NCBI GenBank assembly: GCA_030324005.1
Contig: JARDVH010000124.1
Span: forward strand, 34,537,076-34,601,075
Length of the DNA: 64,000 nt
Origin: Negaprion brevirostris
Lineage: Eukaryota
Direction of reading: 5' to 3'
Each line of letters starts with the position of its first letter. Position 1 is the stretch's first letter. The position numbers and the translations under genes were made by a program. A model generated the notes under the pieces. The model was given only the letters and a program-made list of their open reading frames with translations. It was not told where the DNA came from and made no database searches. Of the stretch, positions 10,941 to 24,149 are shown one piece after another.

Positions 10941-12419
10941 TGGCAGTTTTTGTTGTTCTTTTAGACCTCTTGAAATTATTGTTACTATAATTAAACAATT
11001 CACAATCTAAAACAGTGAAGGATGTTCCTGCGGAGGTGGCTCCACCAGCTTTTCAAGGCAGAAGTATATTGTGGAAGAACATTTGGATGAATGAAAATTC
11101 TGAGGAATTCTCAGTGACTGTTGAAATGAGCATTCGAGCAAAACTGATTCGTAAAATTGTCTGATACATTTGTTACCACTGTCATAAATCTCTTGCTTCA
11201 AAGTTGAAATTAAGGAGGACACCTTCCATTTAGTTTCATGGAACAACCAAGACTGCCTCCAGATGATGTCAACTGTCTGCCTGTTTCACCCTGTTTTATT
11301 GTAGAAAGAGTTTCTGAGATTCTCGTAATCGTTGTCAGGGGACATGGTCCAATTCTAAAGTTTACAGAATCAGCAGGTGAAGGCAGGGTGATTATATGGG
11401 TTGCTAGGTCCTGCCTTGCCATTGTCATTTACTTGTGGCAGGTAGCGAAGGGGCAACTAATGGCTTTTCCTGTCAAAGTGCTGAAGGGGGAGTAGTATTT
11501 TTGTCAGGGTGCGGTAATAGGCTTCGGTCGTATCATTTCATATTTTCTGTTGCACTATAATTCCATTTGGTTGAGATATCTTAGATGAAGATCAAAATAC
11601 AATTTGGCATTTCAATTGCCAGNNNNNNNNNNNNNNNNNNNNNNNNNNNNNNNNNNNNNNNNNNNNNNNNNNNNNNNNNNNNNNNNNNNNNNNNNNNNNN
11701 NNNNNNNNNNNNNNNNNNNNNNNNNNNNNNNNNNNNNNNNNNNNNNNNNNNNNNNNNNNNNNNNNNNNNNNNNNNNNNNNNNNNNNNNNNNNNNNNNNNN
11801 NNNNNNNNNNNNNNNNNNNNNNNNNNNNNNNNNNNNNNNNNNNNNNNNNNTACTGCTACTTAACACAGAGCATTTTTCTGTAATATAACACTGTAGAACA
11901 ACATTGTGAAATGCTCTGAAGATAGGAGTAGCTTTAAAGGAACAATCTTGCACTTTCCCTGGTGCTTCAGAAAAGCTTACTTTGCCATCAGCCTTTGCCA
12001 CTTGTGAAGGGTTGACATTTTAAGACATGGTAAAATATCCCTGTCTTTGTTTTTTTTGGAATCAGATGATAAAGCCAATCTGTTGCCACCTTCAATAACC
12101 CAGCCAGCTTAATTGCACCATGCAGTGTGTGTCAGGAACACCAGTAATTTATTTCAATGATTTGATTTTATATGGTGCTAGTTTACCTTATTGTACTGCA
12201 AGAATATTCAATACTCAAACAGCAACACTGCCAAAGCCATCGTGGCAGGCAGCAAATAGCATCGTATTTTATATTTTAGCACTACTACTAAGATGCGAGC
12301 AACTGTTAGTTTAATGGCCTGAAAAAAGAGCACTGTGGAAAAATTACTGATATTATTTACAGCTAATTCATTTGAAGATTGAAGTAATTTTATATATTTT
12401 CAACATCAGATCATCATAA

Positions 12420-12612
12420 ATGATCCTATCATAAATAGGAACAGGAGTAGGTCCATTGAGCTGGCCCCATCATTTAATAAGGTGATTTGATTGTAGCCTT
12501 AGTTCCACATTCCAGCTGGTCCTCCTCCATAACCTTTACCTTCCTTGTTAATCTTGGCCTTGAATATATTCAATGACCCAGCCTCCACTGGTCTTTGTGG
12601 AAGAGAATTCAT
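12420..12612 (-). mobile_element. CR1 LINE 3' fragment
   Basis: AATAGGAACAGGAGTAGG..CCTTGAATATATTCAATGACCCAGCCTCCAC..GGAAGAGAATTC. Confidence 0.8.
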
Positions 12613-12659
12613 CCATTTGCTTGCCTAATTACATGTTGTACCCAACTGCTGCTAACATT

Positions 12660-13045
12660 TTGTGATTCAAAAGGGGCGATCGGGGAATGGGGGTAACTCT
12701 GTAAAGGGGGTGATAGGGGGATTGGGTGTGGGGTAANNNNNNNNNNNNNNNNNNNNNNNNNNNNNNNNNNNNNNNNNNNNNNNNNNNNNNNNNNNNNNNN
12801 NNNNNNNNNNNNNNNNNNNNNNNNNNNNNNNNNNNNGCAAGTGGAGGAAGGATGGATCCTGCTGCCCATCCGGGGGGGGAGGGAGAGACTGGCACAGGGA
12901 GCAATCAGCAGGAGGGACAGCATCCCAATATCCCAATTTCCTTGCCAGAGTGGGGTGGGGGGGGAGGAAAGAGGTGGTGCAGGTGCATGCGCAATGGTAC
13001 ATCAAGAACCCAGCAGCCAGATTTACTGGTAAGATTAGGCGCCAC
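12660..13045. mobile_element. Non-autonomous GC-rich DNA-element remnant
   Basis: G-rich interior with a gap; terminal CTGGTAAGATTAGG. Confidence 0.35.
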
Positions 13046-14018
13046 CATATCTGGGCTCTTATTTTTTGCACTAAGTGCCATAATGTTGTGACTCACAGCT
13101 CACCCCAAAAAAACTAGCATGATTCTCACCCTTTTTCCCACTTGTTTGGCACTTAGAATTTCTTTCCATAAAATTCTGTCCAAGGACTTTGGAGAAACAT
13201 TGTCAAAAAAAAGCTTGACATGCGCTCTATCTGGAAAGATCTGCTATAGCACAGGGAGCACTGTGAGAAGCAAGTACCCTGCAACAATAAGCTTAGAGCT
13301 GAAGGTTTTGCAAAACCTGGAAGGAAACAGGCTGAGCTGAGGGGTGCCTTATTTGAAAAAGGAAGTGATGTAGTGCTAGAAAAACATAGTAAAAATGGGA
13401 GGATTTATTGGTGTCGTGGGGCCATATGATGAGAATCCCAAGCTGTGGAGCGGTGAAAGATTTGATTATTTTGTCCGAGTGAATATAATTGTGGCAGATA
13501 CTGTAATCTCAACTTTCCTGCGTACAAATTATTCAACCTCCTGAGAAGTGTGGTACAGCTGGAAAAGCCAGCCTTGAAAAGCTATAATGAGATAATGGGG
13601 ATGTTGCAGGGCCACTTTTCACCTAAAACGTTTTAGTCATCGCCGAGGTGTTCAGATTCCATGAGCGTAAATTACAGGAAGGTGAATAAAACACACATTT
13701 TGTAGCTACTTTAAATAAATTAGTTGAANNNNNNNNNNNNNNNNNNNNNNNAAATGACACCACTGGAGAAAGACTAGTATGTGGATAAAGAAGTGAAGCT
13801 ATCCAAAAGCAGCTGTTAACAGAAGACTTTCTAAACTAAAAGAAGGCTTTAGAAGTCACAGTCTCCATGGAATTGGCAGCCAAGGAAACTAAACAGTTAG
13901 GTCGAGCACTAGAATCCATAAAATGTTGGTTGAGACCTGAACACAGACACTGGCTCAAAATTGCCCTCAATGTACAAATGCCGAGCGTGCAATACCAGAT
14001 TGCTGGAGCAAAGACATA

Positions 14019-14153
14019 GGGCGGGATTTTCCGGCCTCACTTGCCCCAAGGCTGGAAACTCCTGCCCCACGTCAAAAGACCATTGCATGGTCCACCCACC
14101 ACCCGTCCCTCCCCCCACTATGATTCCAAAGGTGGGATGGGAAAATTCCACCC
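14019..14153. mobile_element. 135-bp MITE in Gypsy gag
   Basis: TIRs GGGCGGGATTTTCC / GGAAAATTCCACCC; flanks ATA / ATT (possible decayed 3-bp TSD). Confidence 0.75.
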
Positions 14154-14662
14154 ATTAAAGTGCAGAAAGGTGCATGTCCAGTGTACTTGTTAAAGAAAGA
14201 AGTTCCAAACAAGACCTATGAAAAGGAAGAACTGAATGCATTACGTGGAAAACTGACTAGAAGTCAAGGAATCCATGTAATATGAAAAGAGACCAAAAGA
14301 CAAACTGTTACTGAGTCACTTTACTGGACAGACAATCAGTTAAAAATGAAGTGGATACTGGAGCAGCAACTCTGTTGGTACCAGAAACTGTTTACCAAGG
14401 AAAGCTGCGACATATTGCTTTGAAACCCTGGAAGAAAATATCAACAACCTATATTGGAGAAGTTGTTCCATTTTGAGGCTAATCGATGTAAACTGTAGTT
14501 GAATTGGCAGATGAAGGATTTGTCCTTGTACATTGTTAAAGGAAGACATTCAGCATTAATGGGAAGAACCTGGCTGGAAAAGATGAATTTAAACTGTGCT
14601 GAGGTGAATCTCATGTCAGATTACAAAACAGGTCTACTAAAGATTTTAAAGAAACATGCCAT

Positions 14663-15089
14663 TGGGGAGATCTTACCAGAATTTGGTAGTGTTAGTTCAG
14701 GCGAGAGAAACAATATCTCTTTCTCCAAAGATGCAGGTCGGTTTTCCCTCCAGACCTTAGGACATTCCGTCAAACAAACAGCTGGGCAAGTTTCACTCCA
14801 TCATGTAGGGGGCTGGGTGACACGCAGCAAAGCTTGGCTGCACTGAGATTGGGGTACCATGTTAAAAGGGCACTCTGATCAGAACATGATAACCCCCACC
14901 AATCCTTCACAGAGATCTCAGGGTCTCCAATTGGAGTCCCTGATCAAAATCGGCACTGCTCCCCCATCCCCTTGGGAACTGGCACCTCTCATATCTAGGT
15001 TAACTGTTGTAAACTGCGCCAATGTGATTGTGAATATATGGTCGGGGTGGGGGTGGGGAAGGAGTCACTGTATGGCTAGGGGGCATAAC
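14663..15089. mobile_element. Non-autonomous DNA element inserted after the Gypsy protease
   Basis: The Gypsy frame (..ILKKHA) switches abruptly at GGGGAGATCTTACC; the element runs into an N-gap. Confidence 0.5.
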
Positions 15090-15679
15090 NNNNNNNNNNN
15101 NNNNNNNNNNNNNNNNNNNNNNNNNNNNNNNNNNNNNNNNNNNNNNNNNNNNNNNNNNNNNNNNNNNNNNNNNNNNNNNNNNNNNNNNNTCTAGATATTA
15201 TTTTAAGAATCAAACCATTTTATCAATTCCTATATGCAAGACTTTATTAATGGATCATTGAATACTGACAACAATATTTGGGCTTCATACCATGATTCCA
15301 TCACTGGCAGTGAGCCGGATGCAGAGATGCATTGCTCTTGTCAGCACACACATAAACAGTATAAAATATCATCAATCAAATATCCGTTAGAATGCTGATG
15401 GACTCTCCTGATTACCTTTACCCAATGAGATGTCAATAAACAGATTGAGTCAAAACATTTGCTACTTTAAGTAGATGAGAGTCCTGTAACTGTAGGACAA
15501 GTTAAGAAGTACATCAGAAATTATCCACTGTTGTCAGAAGTTACGGACATGATATTCCATGGGAAGATTGTAGAAGCGAACCCAGAGTTGAAGCCGTATG
15601 TCACCTGAAGACTCCAAGTCAGAAGTCAGGAAGTTTGTTTACATTTGCAATGTTCTGCACAATTTGTAACTCCTCAGAT

Positions 15680-16450
15680 ATGGAAGCTGTCTCTATCTGT
15701 GTGTAGCAAGATCTGAACAACATTCAGGCTTGGGCAGAAAGTAGCAAGCAACATTGATGGCACGCAAATTACAACGTCCATCAAGAAAGAGAATCTAATC
15801 ATCTCCCTTGACATTTACTGGCATTACCATCGCTGAATCTGCTGCTATCAGCATCCTGAGGATTGCCATTGGATAGAAACTAAACTGGACCAGCCATATA
15901 ATTACTATGGCAATAAGTGCAGGTCGGAGACTTGGAATTCTGCAATGAGTAACTCACCTCCTGACTCCCCAAAGCCCGATCGCTACCTGCAAGGTTCAAG
16001 TCAGGAGTGTGATAAAAAACTCTCAATCTGCCCGAAAGCAGCTCACTTGATTACACTCCATCCACCACCTTCAACATCCACTCCGTCCGTCACTGATGCA
16101 AAGTGGCAGCAGTGCCATCTGCAAGATGGAATGCAGCAACTCATTGGACAGCACAATACCCATGACTTCCACCACCTACCAGGGCAAGGGCAACAATTTA
16201 TGGGAGCACTATCAACTGCAAGTCCCTGTTCAAGCCATATACCATCTGTATTGGAACTATTATTACCATTTCTTCACTGTTGCTGGGTCAAAATCCTGGA
16301 ACTCACTCCCTAATTGCACTGTGAGTGTACCTACACCACACGGATTGCAGTACTCAAGGATGACATCTCACCACCACCATCTCAAGGGCAAGTAGGATTG
16401 AGCTGCAAATGCTTATCTAGCCGGTGATTACCACATCCTACGAAATAATT
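15680..16450 (+). mobile_element. LINE 3' part (GGGCAATTAGG family)
   Basis: QDLNNIQAWA remnant; TCACTGTTGCTGGGTCAAAATCCTGGAACTCACTCCCTAA; 3' end CAAGGGCAAGTAGG..CCACATCCTACGAA. Confidence 0.85.
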
Positions 16451-19400
16451 TTTAAAAAATATACTGTTTAAAATTTGAGGGGCAGAGAGGCGGGGATGGG
16501 GGGGGGAGCAAAATTCATCTTGAGTTGTAGAGGAAAATGAACAGTACTGAATTAACACACCACATTTATTTAACACACTACACAATTTTCTGAACCATTA
16601 AGTCAGTACAAACTAAAATTGGGCAATGTATAAAATGGGCTGTTGATTTGCTGTTGCTCTTTCCACATGTTCCCCAATATAAATTTTACCCCATAATGTG
16701 TTTAGACATCAGTTGAGGATGCAAAGAGCTTCCCTGTGATTCCTCATATGGTCAGATTGCCTGGCATATTCACTGGACTGAACTCGAACCTAGATCTAAG
16801 ATCCTAGTCTCCTAAAATTTTGAATGCTTCCTAATGTTAGCAGAATTCTGTGGCCTGTCTCATAACATAGAAATATAACTGGCTGGTAATCCTGACTGCA
16901 GTTACAGAATGTCTTTATATCTGAGCAGCACTTCTAACCCTGAGCAAAATGCACTGCGCAGTGAATAGTATAATTCATACCTCGTGCGTAGATTTCATAT
17001 TTCATAGGTACCGGCCTGAGATTAGGACTTGTATCTGAGAGATGCCCAAATAATCAGATCCTGTGGAGCATTAATTACTTCAAAACTGATGTAGACTTGT
17101 TGATAGCACTTGTTTCATATTGGCCTCAGTGATGAGTCCCTGTTTCTTGTTTCCTTTTTTCCCCAAACAACATTGTGTGCATACACTTTGTGTACACACA
17201 CATTTAAATAACGTCTGGTGTTGTTCTTGCTTAATTGAGCCTGACCCCTTTGAAACAAAAGGCTTTGATGACTTATGTTACTATTCATTGAATACTGAGG
17301 CATCTACCAGTGCAAAGATTACAATTGTCATCAATCAAAATTGCAGTTAGCTTTACATTTTCCAGTTTGTTATTCACGCTAGTGAAAATAAACTGGCTGT
17401 TATTACCACAGGCAGTGACACCATTCATAATATCAAGGAAGCAATTCTACAGAATCAAATTATTGAGCTACAAGATCCATGAATCCTATTAACACGCGGT
17501 TTCTTTTACAAACAATATACGTCACATATTGACATTTTAAATATTAAGTTACATATCATAAGTTTTAGTTAAAAATTGTCGACAAAAAGTATATAAAATT
17601 GATATTACATCTTAGTGCTGTATTTTGCACTAAAATTATATTTTCTTATAGCAATTAGTAGTGTGTTGCTTGTATAAAATCTGTGTGTCTGCCAGCTCTT
17701 AGCATATCCATTACATTAAGCCTTTTTTCGGGCATGGTTAAGAAATGCATTTGTCCATAATATTTTTAATGACAATTTTTCATATCTGGAGTACATGGAA
17801 ATATTATGCAAATTCAGACTAAGCTGTTTCACAACATTGTCGGTATTATTTTTCATAGATTACTGTAATAGCCAGATGCTAGAAGATTGTTGTTCGGTCT
17901 GTGTTCTTTGGGTTAAAATTTTATGAGTACTACCTCTCTGATGCCCAGCATCATAAGTATAATTACCAGGTGCAGTTGGGGAGTGAAGTCCAGTGTNNNN
18001 NNNNNNATGGGCAGGAGTTGCGTGTGAATGATTGCAGAAGACTCAGAGTGTGTCAAAAATAATTCAGGTTGGCTAAACTGTGAGGGACTCCCAGTTGGTC
18101 AGGCCCGTGGGGGAAGCATGGGGAGTGCCTCAAGTCTTGACACGAAGGCACTGCAGGGAATAGGTTCATGAAACTTCAGCAGAGGCTGTGGGGCTTGTTT
18201 TAATTGACATGGACATTTGCTAATCTGAAGGTAGACATCAAAAGAAAAAAGTGAACAGCAGGCCTCTTCACTCTATTGCCTCTGCTGAAGTCCAAAACAC
18301 CTCCTTCCTGTGGTTCTGTGTGTGTTCAGATCTAACTCATTTCTTCTGCTTCTTTCGCTAATCTAAACTGCCTGAATTCCTTATCATTCGGTCAAACTGA
18401 GTCCAAGACTATCACCGTGGGATTGGACCTCCACGATAAAGATATTTCCACCTTATGTGTAGATCTTTCAGAAAAGATTAAGTACTTTATTCAGAATTGT
18501 TGGTGAAACTCAAGGTGGCATGTTCAACTCGGTACCGAATCTGTTTGAGAAAGTAGATTGATTAGTTTTGGCTCGTTAGTCAGGTTGTGTTCTCTCTAAA
18601 TCAAAAGCAAATTGTCAGGAATGCTGGAAATCAAATGCAAAAACACCATATGCTGGAAACAGTCCATTTGTCAGACATTTCTGGATTAATACATTGATGT
18701 GTTTCTGTTTTCTGCTGTTTGCTCATTTCTCATTTTTACGTTAGACATTTGGTGAGCCCGGCAATAGATACCCTGGATAATGCTGCTAGGAGAACTTTGC
18801 ACTTTACATTTCCCGCCACTGCAGCAACTACATCCCTGTGCAACAACCCATTGCTGCTTCAGAGAAGCCTATGATGCCACCCCCACAATCTTGTACCAAG
18901 CCAGCCTCTGCTTCAGGCTTCCTGGAAGAGGGCCTAACTTGAAGGGGTGGNNNNNNNNNNNNNNNNNNNNNNNNNNNNNNNNNNNNNNNNNNNNNNNNNN
19001 NNNNNNNNNNNNNNNNNNNNNNNNNNNNNNNNNNNNNNNNNNNNNNNNNNCAGGCGTCCTGGAAGAGGGCCTAACTTGAAGGGGGGGGGTCTAGGATTGG
19101 TGGAATGGGGAGGGGAAAGTAAGGGAAATGCTGAACTGGGCAGGACAAGGACTGGGGAAGGGAATTGAAATTTGAGAGAGTGGGGAACTGCAGGATTGGG
19201 GGAAAGGGTGAAATAGGAAGACAACAGATGGGCCTTTGGAAAGAGAGGTCAGACTGAGAAATTAGGTTTTTGAGGAGGGAGGTTGGCGACAGAATGGGGT
19301 CAGGGTTGGGCCGGGGACAGATTACTAGAATGAAAACTAGTGGATTGGAGCACGGGTAGAGTGAGGAAAGGAGATTGGGAATGAGATGGCTGTGAGGCGG

Positions 19401-19756
19401 CCCAGCAATTTCTGCACAGTCTGAATCCACAGCAATGTGGTAAGTGGGAACAGCACAGAGGGAGGAGTAACCAGTAAATCAGTGAATGAGATCTGAAGTG
19501 TTGCTGTGGGTAAATACGGAAAGATTGTTTCCATTATTGGGCACCAGGTTGATGATTCTTGTTAGAAGCATCATAGGGAAAGAGAGAAGAAAAGTTTTGA
19601 ACTGACTGCTATTAGACTATGGGACGCTTTGCTGGAACTGGCTATTGAGGCAGAGACTAGAAAATTAATTTCAAAGGGAATGGGATAAGTACAGTAGGCT
19701 CAGACTTGACTCACATAATGTTATTTCAATTTAACACTGTGAATAAAATAATGTCA

Positions 19757-20670
19757 AGAACACAAGAAAGAACAGGAGTAGACTACATAGTGTGTTGCGC
19801 CTGCTCCACCATTTAATAGAATCAGGGCTGATCCTGGGTTTCAACTCCACTTCCTTGCCTTTTCCCATATCCCTTGATTCCCTGAGAGACTGAAATTTTC
19901 TGTTCTAGCCTTTCAAAGGTAAAGCATCCATAACCCTCTGGGGTATGAATTCCAAAGATTTACAACCCTATGAGTGAAGAAATTCTCTTCCATCTCAGTC
20001 TTAAATGGCCAATCCCTTATCCTGCCTCGAACTTTGAAAACAATCTCTGAATCTACCCTATCATCCCTTCAGAATCTTGTGCTTTTCAATGAGATTACTT
20101 CTTATTCTTCTAAACTCTAGAGAAAACAGCTCAGCTCATTCCTCATTTGTACATCAGACATTTGATGAGTCAGGTTTAGCAAACTTTCTGATTGGTCAAT
20201 AGCTATCCTGTGCAATGCCACTGACAAGCCTGGAAAACTTTGCACTTTACATTTCCCGCCAGTTTGGCAGCCCATCCTTGTACAACAATCCCAGCTGCCC
20301 CAAGATGCTAGCTTTCTGTGTTTCATGTACAAGTACCCCCAAATTCCCGTGTGTTGCAGTTTTCTGCAGGCTTTCTCCATTTATAAATACTCTGTTCTTT
20401 TGTTCTCCCTTTCAAAGTGAATAACTTTACATTTTCTCACCTTATTCCTCAATTGCCAACTTTTTGCGCGTTTACTCAACCTATCAATATCCCTTTGTAA
20501 GCTGACTCTTACAGCTTACCTTTCTACCTATTTTTGTGTCATCTGCAAATTTAGCTACAGTACGTTTGCTTCCTTCCTGCAAGCCATTTATATATATTGT
20601 AAACAGTTGCAGTCCCAGTCCCTGAGAAACCCCACTGGTTACAGGTCACCAACCTGAAAAAGATCCCTTA
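19757..20670 (-). mobile_element. CR1 LINE 3' part, interrupted near 20190-20300
   Basis: GAACAGGAGTAGAC..CCTGCTCCACCATTTAATA; TGTGTCATCTGCAAATTT (reverse of KFADDT). Confidence 0.85.
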
Positions 20671-21904
20671 TCCCCACTCCACCTAACGCACACATCTTTT
20701 CTTCCTGCTTTGCCAGCCTTCACCTCCAGCTTTGCCTCCTTCCTTCATGCCATGGGGTGCCAAGATGATGTCAGGAGATGTGGGGGGTGCACTTGAGCGA
20801 ACATTGTTTCCTGGTGTGGTTGCTGCGCACTGGGATGGCCTTTAAAGATAGCATCTGGATCATTGATTCGATGAGTTAATGGTGGACTGGGTGAATCAGA
20901 GGCCACCTGCCAGCAATACAACCGGAGCCCCTACCTGCCTTTTTCTTGAAAGTCCAACACTATACAGCAGAAACAGCCATCATCGCTGGCTTCAACACTG
21001 CCTTGCCCGCCCCCAACATTGGCCTTGGCCGTTGTCAGAAAAAATCTCACTCCTGGTCCTTGAAGTCTGCTTTTCAGTTAGCTGGTTCCTGTTCTGAACT
21101 CGCACTGAAGACCTGGGCTCCAACTAGTGGTAGAAGCTGGTCAGTTCAAGTAGTCCTAGGACTTCAGAACACATGCTACCTGCAGTGACCAACTTCTCCC
21201 ACTAGGAAGAGCATGGTGAATGGTGAATCTAAAAGTACTGTAGATGTGTAATTTTTTTTGAAAAAGTATTGTATTTCTTCGATATTTAGTGGGGTTTTTT
21301 TGCAAGTTATTCTAGCTAAGAATATACATTTATGGTACTATGGTACAATAGTTCAACTTGTACATTTGTTTTCATTCAGAAATTGCCCAAAGGAACCTAA
21401 CTCTGGCTTTAACATAAAATAAAGAATCTTGGGGAATGGGGTTGCAGCACTGACACATGCACTGGGGGCTGAACACCATCCTTTTATAATGAATTTCTAT
21501 AATACTACAAAAGCTCACTTACTCAGTCCAAGCCCAGAGAGTGATCTAGAAATGTTAACATTGAGCTTAATTTGAGAAGATGTGGCCTGTGAGAACTGCC
21601 TGCCCTTCATGAGAGCTCTGGTTTAGTTTAGGCTCATCTGATGCGGCGAGGTTTGATGTGTGAAGTCCAAATACAGCGTGTTTCCCAGGGACTAGTAGTT
21701 CAGAGTTGTCATCTTCGCATGGAACCCAAGTCCAAAGGAATAGAAAGAGAAATGGAGGCTGTTAAAAATGGCTTGGGAGCCTAACTGCAATTTGTGCAGT
21801 GCAGGGAATATGGGTAGCAGTTACATGGTGGTTTTCAATAGGTGAAAGGATTATTACCATTTACAATTTGTTTATGTGGGCCCAAATCTTAACTGTCAGT
21901 CGTG

Positions 21905-22410
21905 GAATCAAAAAATAGTTCCAGCACAAAAAGAAATCATTTGATCCCTACAAGTCCGCTGCCCTTTCTGCATAGTCCAATAGTTTTTTGTTTTGCCTTC
22001 TGATGCTTCTACAATTTTCTTTTGAATGATGCAATTGAATCTGCCTCCACCACCTTTTCAGGCAGTGCACTCTGGATCCCAACCACTCGCTGTGTGAAAA
22101 TAAAATGTCTTTCCTCATGTGTTTGACTCTCTTACCAAACACTTTGTATCACTGTTTTCTGAATTCCTGGCCCTCCTGCTAATGGGGACAGTTTCTCTGT
22201 CTACTCTATCTAGACCACTCATGCTTTTGAACACCTCCATCAAATCTCCTCTCAACTTTCATTTCTCTAATGGGAACAAACACAGCTTCCCCACTCAATC
22301 CATGTAACTGAATTCCACCATCCCTGGAACCATTTTCATAAATCTTACTGATCCCCCTTGAAAACTTTCCATCTTTTCTAAAACCTGTGCCCAGAATTGA
22401 ACAAAAATTC
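21905..22410 (-). mobile_element. CR1 LINE 3' part
   Basis: GAATCTGCCTCCACCACCCTTTTCAGGCAGTGCACTCTGGATCCCAACCACTCGCTG..AAATCTCCTCTCAACTT..TGTGCCCAGAATTGAAC. Confidence 0.8.
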
Positions 22411-23909
22411 TCTAGCTAAGGCCAATCCAGGTTCATTATCATTGTTATTGTATTGTATTACCATTGGGAATGAGTGTTACCAGTATTATTTTAGCTACCG
22501 TTCCACTTTTGGTGAGTTAGTACTTGTTACTAATAAAGTCAACATTCCTCACATCTCCCTTCGTGCAACTCTTTCTGCTTCCAACTACCCTGTTTTCTCT
22601 GTCCTCAATTCCCCTTCTTTACCTACTCAGGACTGGCCTCCTAGTTCTTTGAACTTCTTGTTTTACAGCTGTATGCGTTATAGATGTAAAATCACAGGGG
22701 ACCCAGCCTTTTTAAGATAGATACAGTAATATTTGCAGATGTCATGTGATCAGTTCTTCAGCAATGCCATCAACTGGAGTTGGCAACCTTTTTGATTAAT
22801 AATATAACAGTGATGTGCATGTTTCAGTCCATCAGTGATGTTTTTCCTGTAATTTTTCAGAAGTCTTGGCTCTAAGACCACACTTTCAGGTGTAATATCT
22901 TTGAAAGGCATGATGGATAGCTTTGTGATAGATGCAAAGCTTAATGATGCAGATAGACTCAACCAGCTGGGCACTGTTCCTTTTGAAAACCTGACTCATT
23001 ACAAAAACTTCACAGTGCCAAAATATTCACTGAAGAAAACCGCTTACTCAGCTGTATTTCTGCTGAAACATAAAAAGAATATTACTCATATAATGTTGAA
23101 CAATGGTCCATGTCAGCTGAAAGTCTAGTCATAATGTCCTTTGATGAATTGAGTATTAACTGTTCAATATGTTGTGAAATGTACCTTGGAATATGAATAT
23201 TTTTTAGCAATATAGAGTAAAATAATTTTACACTTGATTTAAATTCCTGGTGAAGGTGTAGAAAGTAGTAACAATTTGGGCTATATTGTGTAAATAGTTA
23301 TGTCAATAAATTGGACACATTGACTAATTAACTTCGATAAAAGCTTAGTGTTTCCTTTAGCAAAAAAAAACAATTATTGGACTTTAGCCAGAAGCAGATG
23401 TATCAGAAGCAGAAATATTTAATTTTGCAGGGGTCATTAGAAATGATGTAAATATTATTGAATAAAATGTTTCAAACACTATTTTGAAAGGAAAAATAAG
23501 CAGAACGTGTAAAATTACAAAATGAGTTGGAAATCTTCAGAATATTTTTTGTGTGTGTGAGAGATTAATCCTCATACCAAAGTTATTACAATCTCTGCTC
23601 TTACATATCTTTAAAGTAAAAGAAAAATCACTTCTATTGACAATTTTATTTTGTGCTTAGGTAAAGTTCAATAAAATCTAATTTGCTTTCACCAAGTTGC
23701 ACCTTAAAGCTTGAGGACCTTCAGAATTAAGAGTTTGCAATGTTGTCAGTTGGAAGACTTTTGATCCATTCTACCTTTCTTCTTCCAAATGGAGACTTGC
23801 ATGACAATTGAGAGAGCCAACCACTAGATTAGTCCAGCAATGGGCACACTTACAGAATCACACCTTTCACCCAATTTCCCAACCTCCTTTATTGTAATCC
23901 CTGGATGCA

Positions 23910-24120
23910 TCCACCAAAATCTTGCTGGTGCTTACACTGGCGGGAGCTTGCATTCCCGTTGACGGTACACCCCACCATGGGTTTCTCAGTGGTGACGGGT
24001 GAGCTCAATGGGAAAACCCATTGACAACGGTGGGACCATAAAATCCCACTGTCAGTGAGCAGTGCACCGCCTCCCACTGCCAAGAAACACACTGCAGGGG
24101 GAGGAAACTCGTGTACGAAT
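23910..24120. mobile_element. MITE-like element
   Basis: Internal inverted motifs ATGGGTTTC / GAAAACCCAT and GTGGGA..TCCCAC; GC-rich block in AT-rich flank. Confidence 0.45.
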
Positions 24121-24149
24121 GGCAGGAAAAATCCACCAGATGTAGCAGC

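Larger units (their letters stand above)
13395..15640 (+). mobile_element. Decayed Ty3/Gypsy LTR retrotransposon internal region (gag, protease, RNase H; RT deleted or in the gap)
   Basis: Gag MGGFIGVVGPYDE..ERFDYFV..VIAEVFRFHER..RLVCG..SEAIQKQLLTE..SMELAAKE. Protease EVDTGAA..LYIVKGRHSALMGRTWL at about 14345-14590. RNase H IPSLAVSRMQR..NADGLS*LPLP at about 15290-15425. Confidence 0.9.

Noticed and set aside
11305-11376. 72-nt AG..GT bounded frame ERVSEILVIVVRGHGPILKFTESA
   Set aside because: Weak donor and no recognisable homology; such short frames arise by chance.
18330-18510. LRR-like peptide LISSASFANLNCLNSLSF
   Set aside because: A single partial motif with an in-frame stop immediately upstream.
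18913-19090. CAGGC.TCCTGGAAGAGGGCCTAACTTGAAGGGG repeated across a 100-N gap
   Set aside because: Same gap-overlap artefact pattern.
21632-21784. Open frame AHLMRRGLMCEVQ..GLGA* after TTTAG
   Set aside because: No supporting homology; it shows how easily exon-like frames appear here.
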